DNA of 45,260 nt from contig DATHSU010000053.1 in the NCBI GenBank assembly GCA_035463895.1, positions 1 through 45,260 on the forward strand. Reading direction: 5' to 3'. A program made the position numbers and the translations under genes. Shown in pieces: positions 40,214 to 45,260 of the stretch (position 1 is the first letter of the stretch; the number at the start of each line of letters is the position of its first letter). The notes under the pieces are model-generated. The model had not been told where the DNA came from. It ran no database searches and worked only from the letters and a program-made list of their open reading frames with translations. This DNA comes from Ignavibacteriaceae bacterium. GTDB taxonomy: Bacteria; Bacteroidota; Ignavibacteria; Ignavibacteriales; Ignavibacteriaceae.

Positions 40214-42112
40214 TCAGCTTAGCGCCTCCTTTTTCTTTTCCAACTCATCCCATCGGTCGTAAAGCCTTATCACTTTTTCCTTTGCCTGTTCAAGCTCAAA
40301 ATTAAGTTGATTGGTTTGTGTCGCAAATTTATCATAAAAATCGGGTGAAGTAAATATTTTTTCAATCCTTTCAACCTCTGATTCAGCTTCAATTATTTTT
40401 TTCTGAATAGAATCCAGTTCGAGAGCATCCTTATAACTTAATTTTTTTGGTTTAGCTTTGGTACGCGCTTTACTCAAGGGTAACTCCTTATTTACCTTCG
40501 TCGTTAAGCCATCAATCTCTTTTTCTCTCAGCATTCTTTTTTCTACATAATAGTCATAATCTCCCTCGCTGTAATAAATTTCGCCGTTACCCTCTAATGC
40601 AAGTATGCCGCTGCAGACACGATTCAGGAAATACCTGTCGTGACTAACAACCATTACACACCCCTCAAATGAAATCAGAGCCTCTTCAAGAATTCTAAGA
40701 GTTGGAAGATCAAGATCATTTGTGGGTTCATCAAGCATCAGGAAATTTCCACCCCGACATAAGATTTTAGCAAGTGTCAGTCTGCTTTTTTCTCCACCGG
40801 ATAGTCTTCCAACAAGAGTGTTGATTCTATCGTCATTAAAAAGAAATCTTCGTAAATAAGTCCAGACATTTAATTGGTGTTTACCGAATTGAACAATTTC
40901 ACTTCCCTCACCAATTGCTTTTATCACAGTGTCGTTATCATTCAGGAAGAGCCTTGCCTGGTCTACATAATTAAATTGCGTGCTCTCGCCTGATTCTATT
41001 TTTCCTTTTGTGGGAGACAGTTCACCTAAAATTAATTTAAGAAGAGTGGTTTTGCCAGCACCATTAGGACCAACCACGCCGATTTTCTTCCCACCCTCAA
41101 AATCAAAATTAAAGTTTTCAAAAAGTATTTTATCACCAAGTTTTATCCCGGCATTTTTTAATTCAACAACTTTTTTACCCAATCGTTCGGCAGGTGGAAT
41201 TATAAGATCAACATTAATATCAACATCATTATTTTGCTGCGACGCTATTTCATAAAAATTATCAAGCCTGCTTTTGGCCTTTGTTCTTCTTGCCTTCGGT
41301 CCCCGCCTTACCCATTCAAGCTCGCGTTTTAAAAACATTTGGCGTTTACGTTCCTCAACTTCCTTAACTGCCTGCCGTTCGGCTTTATTGATAAGATATT
41401 CTGTATAATTTCCCTGGTATGAATAAAAAACAGCTGACGAAAGTTCAACGATTCTATTTGAAATTCTATCAAGGAAATAACGGTCATGAGTTACAAATAT
41501 GCAGGTGCCTTTGTATTCTGCAAGAAAATCTTCCAGCCATTCAATTGATTTTGTATCAAGATGGTTTGTCGGTTCATCGAGTATCAACAGGTCTGGTTTA
41601 GAAATTAAAGCTCGGCAAAGTGCAACGCGGCGTTTTTCTCCGCCGGAAAGAGCTGAAATTTTTCTATTACCGTCGGGAGCGTTTAAAGACCGTATGAGAA
41701 TATTTATTCTTTTTTCAAGATTCCATGAATCCATCCGTAAAATTGTTTCTTCAAGATGATGCTTGTTGGGTGCATCGAAAGGAGTGTTTTCGTATTCTTT
41801 AATTAAATTTGTTTCAGCTTCCGCACCGTCAAGAATATTTTCATAAACGGTTGATGATTCATTTAAACTGAACTCCTGTGAAAGAAATCCAGTAACAAGA
41901 TTTTTTTTCTTTGCAACCTCACCGGAATCAGCCTGAATTAAACCGGAAATTATTTTAAGAAATGTTGATTTCCCTGCACCGTTTCTTCCAACCAGTCCGA
42001 TACGGTCACCTTCGTGTACGCTTAATGATGCTTTATCAAGAATGATCTGTTCACCGAAATGAATTTCTAATTCCAGGGCGGTTAAGATAACCGGGGTAAC
42101 ATTTACAGCCAT
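40214..42112 (-). CDS. ABC-F family ATPase with C-terminal coiled coil (Uup-like)
   Basis: Two ABC cassettes (GRNGAGKST/LSGGEKRR/LILDEPTNHLD and GPNGAGKTT/LSGGEKSR/LMLDEPTNDLD), no TM domain, coiled-coil tail. Confidence 0.9.
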   Translation of the reverse strand: MAVNVTPVILTALELEIHFGEQIILDKASLSVHEGDRIGLVGRNGAGKSTFLKIISGLIQADSGEVAKKKNLVTGFLSQEFSLNESSTVYENILDGAEAETNLIKEYENTPFDAPNKHHLEETILRMDSWNLEKRINILIRSLNAPDGNRKISALSGGEKRRVALCRALISKPDLLILDEPTNHLDTKSIEWLEDFLAEYKGTCIFVTHDRYFLDRISNRIVELSSAVFYSYQGNYTEYLINKAERQAVKEVEERKRQMFLKRELEWVRRGPKARRTKAKSRLDNFYEIASQQNNDVDINVDLIIPPAERLGKKVVELKNAGIKLGDKILFENFNFDFEGGKKIGVVGPNGAGKTTLLKLILGELSPTKGKIESGESTQFNYVDQARLFLNDNDTVIKAIGEGSEIVQFGKHQLNVWTYLRRFLFNDDRINTLVGRLSGGEKSRLTLAKILCRGGNFLMLDEPTNDLDLPTLRILEEALISFEGCVMVVSHDRYFLNRVCSGILALEGNGEIYYSEGDYDYYVEKRMLREKEIDGLTTKVNKELPLSKARTKAKPKKLSYKDALELDSIQKKIIEAESEVERIEKIFTSPDFYDKFATQTNQLNFELEQAKEKVIRLYDRWDELEKKKEALS

Positions 42113-42273
42113 ATAAAAATTCTGTTATTAATTTGAGGTGCAAATATAATGTAAGCAAAACAAGCAAGCATCGCCAGATATTTTTGACTTCGTGTTTTAT
42201 TGGTTTAATTTAGCTTAAGATTAATACAAATATTTAACACGGATCCATCCTTTCGTAATGGAAAACAAATAAT

Positions 42274-43752
42274 ATGAACGAATTATTAGACATATTACAC
42301 CTGGTAAAATCGCGTGTACCTTTAATTACAATTGAAACACGTGATGAAAAAGAAGCTGTTTCATTGATTGTAAATCTTGCAGGCACAATGAGAAAACCGG
42401 TTTACGGCTGGAATTTGGTTAATGGATTTTCATTAATGGATAAAAAAGGAAACATTCAGGGGTCAAACCGTTTAGAGCCAACGGAGGTTCTGCATGCAAT
42501 TCATGAACAATACAAATCTGCTTTGTTTATTTTGATGGATTACCATCCATACCTGCAGAACGACAGGAATGTGCGGCTGATAAAGGAAATTGCCCTAAGT
42601 GCAGAGAGACTGAATAACACAATATTTTTTGTTTCAACTCAGATTGAATTACCCGATGAAATAAAACATCTTTCTGCAAAATATGAACTGGCTTTTCCAT
42701 CAGAAGAAAAAATAAAAGCATTTGTAATGCAGATGATTAAAACATGGATGAATGAAAATCCGCAGAAAAAAGTACAGGTCGATGAGTCAATTCTGAACGT
42801 ATTTATTAAAAATCTGCAGGGACTTTCATTCCCTGAAATAACACGGATATTATATAATGCATTAAAAGACAATGCGATTAACAAAGATGACATTCCGGAA
42901 ATTGCCAAAGCAAAATACTATCTGCTGAATAAAGATAATGTTCTATACTATGAACACGACACTTCCTCTTTTGCAGAAGTGGGTGGATTGATAAAACTTA
43001 AAGACTGGCTTGAGAAACGAAAAAAGATTTATATAGGAGATATTAAAACTACCGGGATTGATGTTCCTAAAGGAGTTTTAATTCTTGGTGTACAGGGCAG
43101 CGGGAAAAGTCTGGCGGCAAAAGCAGTTGCCGGAACATGGGGAATTCCATTACTCCGACTGGATTTTGGAACTCTTTATAATAAATATTACGGCGAAACT
43201 GAACGCAAAACCCGTGAAGCACTAAAGATGGCAGATACAATGGCTCCTTGTATTCTGTGGATTGACGAAATTGAAAAAGGGCTGGGATCAGACTCGAATG
43301 ACAGCGGTACTTCAAAACGAGTGCTCGGTACTTTTTTAACTTGGATGGCTGAAAGAAAAACCCTGGTGTTTCTGGTTGCCACTGCAAATGACATTCAGAA
43401 TCTTCCACCGGAATTGTTGAGAAAAGGCAGAATGGATGAAATCTTTTTTGTTGATCTGCCCGATGAAGGAATAAGAAAAGAAATTTTTTCAATCCATCTT
43501 AAAAAAAGAAATTTAAACCCGGCTGATTTTGATCTTGATAAAATTGCAAAAGAGTGTGAAGGTTTCTCAGGCTCGGAGATAGAACAAGTGATTGTATCGG
43601 GGTTTTATATGGTTATCGGCGGATATATGCAGTTGAATACAGAATTGCTTCTGGACGAAATCAAAAAAACGCGTCCGCTGTCTGTAGTAATGTCGGAAAA
43701 TATTAATGCTATGAGAGAATGGGCTAACGGAAGAACTGTACCGGCAAATTAA
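42274..43752 (+). CDS. AAA+ ATPase, Ycf46-like architecture
   Basis: Walker A GVQGSGKS, Walker B ILWIDEIEKG, LLRKGRMDE arginine-finger region. The ~230-aa N-terminal domain begins LVKSRVPLITIETRDEKEA, resembling the cyanobacterial/plastid Ycf46 N-terminus as I recall it. Confidence 0.8.
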   Translation: MNELLDILHLVKSRVPLITIETRDEKEAVSLIVNLAGTMRKPVYGWNLVNGFSLMDKKGNIQGSNRLEPTEVLHAIHEQYKSALFILMDYHPYLQNDRNVRLIKEIALSAERLNNTIFFVSTQIELPDEIKHLSAKYELAFPSEEKIKAFVMQMIKTWMNENPQKKVQVDESILNVFIKNLQGLSFPEITRILYNALKDNAINKDDIPEIAKAKYYLLNKDNVLYYEHDTSSFAEVGGLIKLKDWLEKRKKIYIGDIKTTGIDVPKGVLILGVQGSGKSLAAKAVAGTWGIPLLRLDFGTLYNKYYGETERKTREALKMADTMAPCILWIDEIEKGLGSDSNDSGTSKRVLGTFLTWMAERKTLVFLVATANDIQNLPPELLRKGRMDEIFFVDLPDEGIRKEIFSIHLKKRNLNPADFDLDKIAKECEGFSGSEIEQVIVSGFYMVIGGYMQLNTELLLDEIKKTRPLSVVMSENINAMREWANGRTVPAN

Positions 43753-43797
43753 ACGCAAATCGACCTTGTCCCGGTTTTTTATATGTAAACAGGCTTC

Positions 43798-44361
43798 TTA
43801 CTTCATCATTCCGTACATTTTATTCTTTTCAGTCATTTTTATAAAGTAAATTAATCTTGTTCTAAATATATCCGGTCTGCTTCGTGCTGAATCTATCCAG
43901 CCGATTCTTATACGTTTATACGATTCAGGAAATGCCTGAAAATTTGTCCATACTTTTTTGTTGCTCTTAAGTTCTTCTAAAATGTCTTTTGGAACTTGAA
44001 ATATTTCCTGCAGGTCAGAATAATTAAATGCATGTTCTATAGCTTTGAGTCCCCCGGCAGTCATTTTCTTTTGTTTAATTAATCTTTTTATACGTTCTTT
44101 GTTTAATTCAGACAGTTGGCTGTTCTTTTTGCGCGGAGAAAACCGTTGTACAAACTTTTCATCATCAATTTTTTTAATAATACTATCAATCCAGCCGAAA
44201 CAAAGCGCTTCTTCAACAGCATCATTATATGGTAAACGGGGTTTTCCTGAACTCTGCTTGTAGAAAATCAGCCATATGTCTTTTTCGGTTTTGTGGTTTT
44301 GTTTAAGCCAGTTACGGAAGGTTTTCCTATCTGTGATGTAAAGTGTTTTCCCTATTTCCAT
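43798..44361 (-). CDS. YdeI/OmpD-associated family protein
   Basis: FRNWLKQNH....IWLIFYK......L.Y..AVEEALCFGWIDS is the family pattern. The track start at 44367 is GTG; the ATG at 44361 is preferred. Confidence 0.7.
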   Translation of the reverse strand: MEIGKTLYITDRKTFRNWLKQNHKTEKDIWLIFYKQSSGKPRLPYNDAVEEALCFGWIDSIIKKIDDEKFVQRFSPRKKNSQLSELNKERIKRLIKQKKMTAGGLKAIEHAFNYSDLQEIFQVPKDILEELKSNKKVWTNFQAFPESYKRIRIGWIDSARSRPDIFRTRLIYFIKMTEKNKMYGMMK

Positions 44362-44602
44362 ATGCACTGATATTTCTAGTTTTTTAAAAAGTAAATTTTT
44401 ATACGAACCTGCAATTTAGAAATTGATTTCCGGATGAAATGTAACAATTTGTGCGAAACTTTTTACAATAGTTTTACATAAGTCATTTTGATTTACACTC
44501 TTGCGGCTTTGATTATTTATCAACAATTGCTATGTTGAATCGAGGATAGTTACTCAGCTTAAGCCTAATTAGTTGAATACAAATAATGTTTAAAGGAAAA
44601 TA

Positions 44603-45260
44603 ATGGAAATAATAATTCCGGCTTCGGATACGATGAAAATGGAAATAGCTGCCAAAACAGAAATGCTCAATCATCTTGAACAGAAAGTTAAAGAATGGAT
44701 TGAATCTCATTTATCAAAACGAAAACTGTGGTTCTCAAGTGATTTTCTTCCGGCTGATGAAAAGATGAATGATGACCAGGAAAACAATATCAAAAGATTG
44801 AGAGAACGAGTACAGGGATTACCGGATTCAGTAAGAGTTGCAGTTGCAATTAATCTTTTAACAGAAGAAGGTCTCCCGCATTTTCACAGAATAATTGCAA
44901 AGCATCTTGGTGATGAAAGTTTTTGGGCTAAATGGAACAATATGTGGACGGCAGAAGAAGACCGGCATGGCGGCGTATTAAGAGATTATGCACGCGACGG
45001 AAGACTATTCAACTTTAAACAAATTGAAATGATGCAGTATCATTACCAGGAATCCGGCTTCAATCCTGATTGGGATAAAGATCCGTACAAAGTTTTTGTA
45101 TACACAACTCTTCAGGAAAGGGCAACGCAAATCTCGCATAAAAACACAGGTAAGCTTGCCGGAGAAAACGAACCATTGTTAAACGGAATTCTCAGCAATA
45201 TTGCTGCCGATGAAGCCAAGCATTATACTTTTTATAGAAATGTATTTAAGGAAATATTAA
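44603..45260 (+). CDS. soluble acyl-ACP desaturase (di-iron), 3' end beyond window
   Basis: Hand translation from the ATG at 44603 (AAAGGAAAA SD): LLTEEGLPHFH, WTAEEDRHG, TTLQERATQISHKNTG and AADEAKHYTFY, which include the di-iron E..H motifs of acyl-ACP desaturases. Not in the ORF track because there is no stop in the window. Confidence 0.85.
   Translation, partial: MEIIIPASDTMKMEIAAKTEMLNHLEQKVKEWIESHLSKRKLWFSSDFLPADEKMNDDQENNIKRLRERVQGLPDSVRVAVAINLLTEEGLPHFHRIIAKHLGDESFWAKWNNMWTAEEDRHGGVLRDYARDGRLFNFKQIEMMQYHYQESGFNPDWDKDPYKVFVYTTLQERATQISHKNTGKLAGENEPLLNGILSNIAADEAKHYTFYRNVFKEIL

Overview
Low-GC bacterial chromosomal window covering the replication-origin neighbourhood. dnaA (GTG start), dnaN-recF-DUF721(DciA-like)-gyrB lie on the minus strand and diverge from rpmH-rnpA-yidC on the plus strand; gyrA lies about 13 kb away. 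The dnaA-rpmH spacer holds two perfect and three near-perfect DnaA boxes plus a 25-bp perfect palindrome. A second, very AT-rich 325-bp spacer and a small lipoprotein gene separate dnaA from dnaN. The left part encodes envelope and redox functions: a TlpA-like thioredoxin, a DUF2723 membrane protein, a PfkB kinase, an ECF sigma/anti-sigma/YbjQ operon, an EamA transporter and a GT9 heptosyltransferase. After yidC comes a 902-aa patatin-POTRA-Omp85 fusion (type Vd autotransporter-like). Then follows a long minus-strand run of accessory and stress genes (VOC, serine hydrolase, DUF4349, HMA-CDF, YciI-like, methyltransferase, WG-repeat, GNAT-YoaP, zinc-ribbon protein, glgA). The right end carries an alpha/beta hydrolase, DoxX, a quinone oxidoreductase, an ABC-F ATPase, a Ycf46-like AAA+ ATPase, YdeI and a truncated acyl-ACP desaturase. 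The family content (DUF2723, DUF4199, DUF4349, signal-peptide YciI) suggests an FCB-group, Ignavibacteria-like organism; this is inference only. I found no CRISPR array, tRNA or rRNA, transposase, integrase, restriction-modification or recognisable toxin-antitoxin or defence hallmark. I therefore cannot support a confident claim of a new system. The best leads are the origin architecture, the ECF-YbjQ operon, the patatin-Omp85 protein, a five-gene membrane/metal operon, the orphan Ycf46-like ATPase and REP-like palindromes. rpmH (47 aa) and a partial gene at the window start are missing from the supplied ORF track and were found by reading the sequence.
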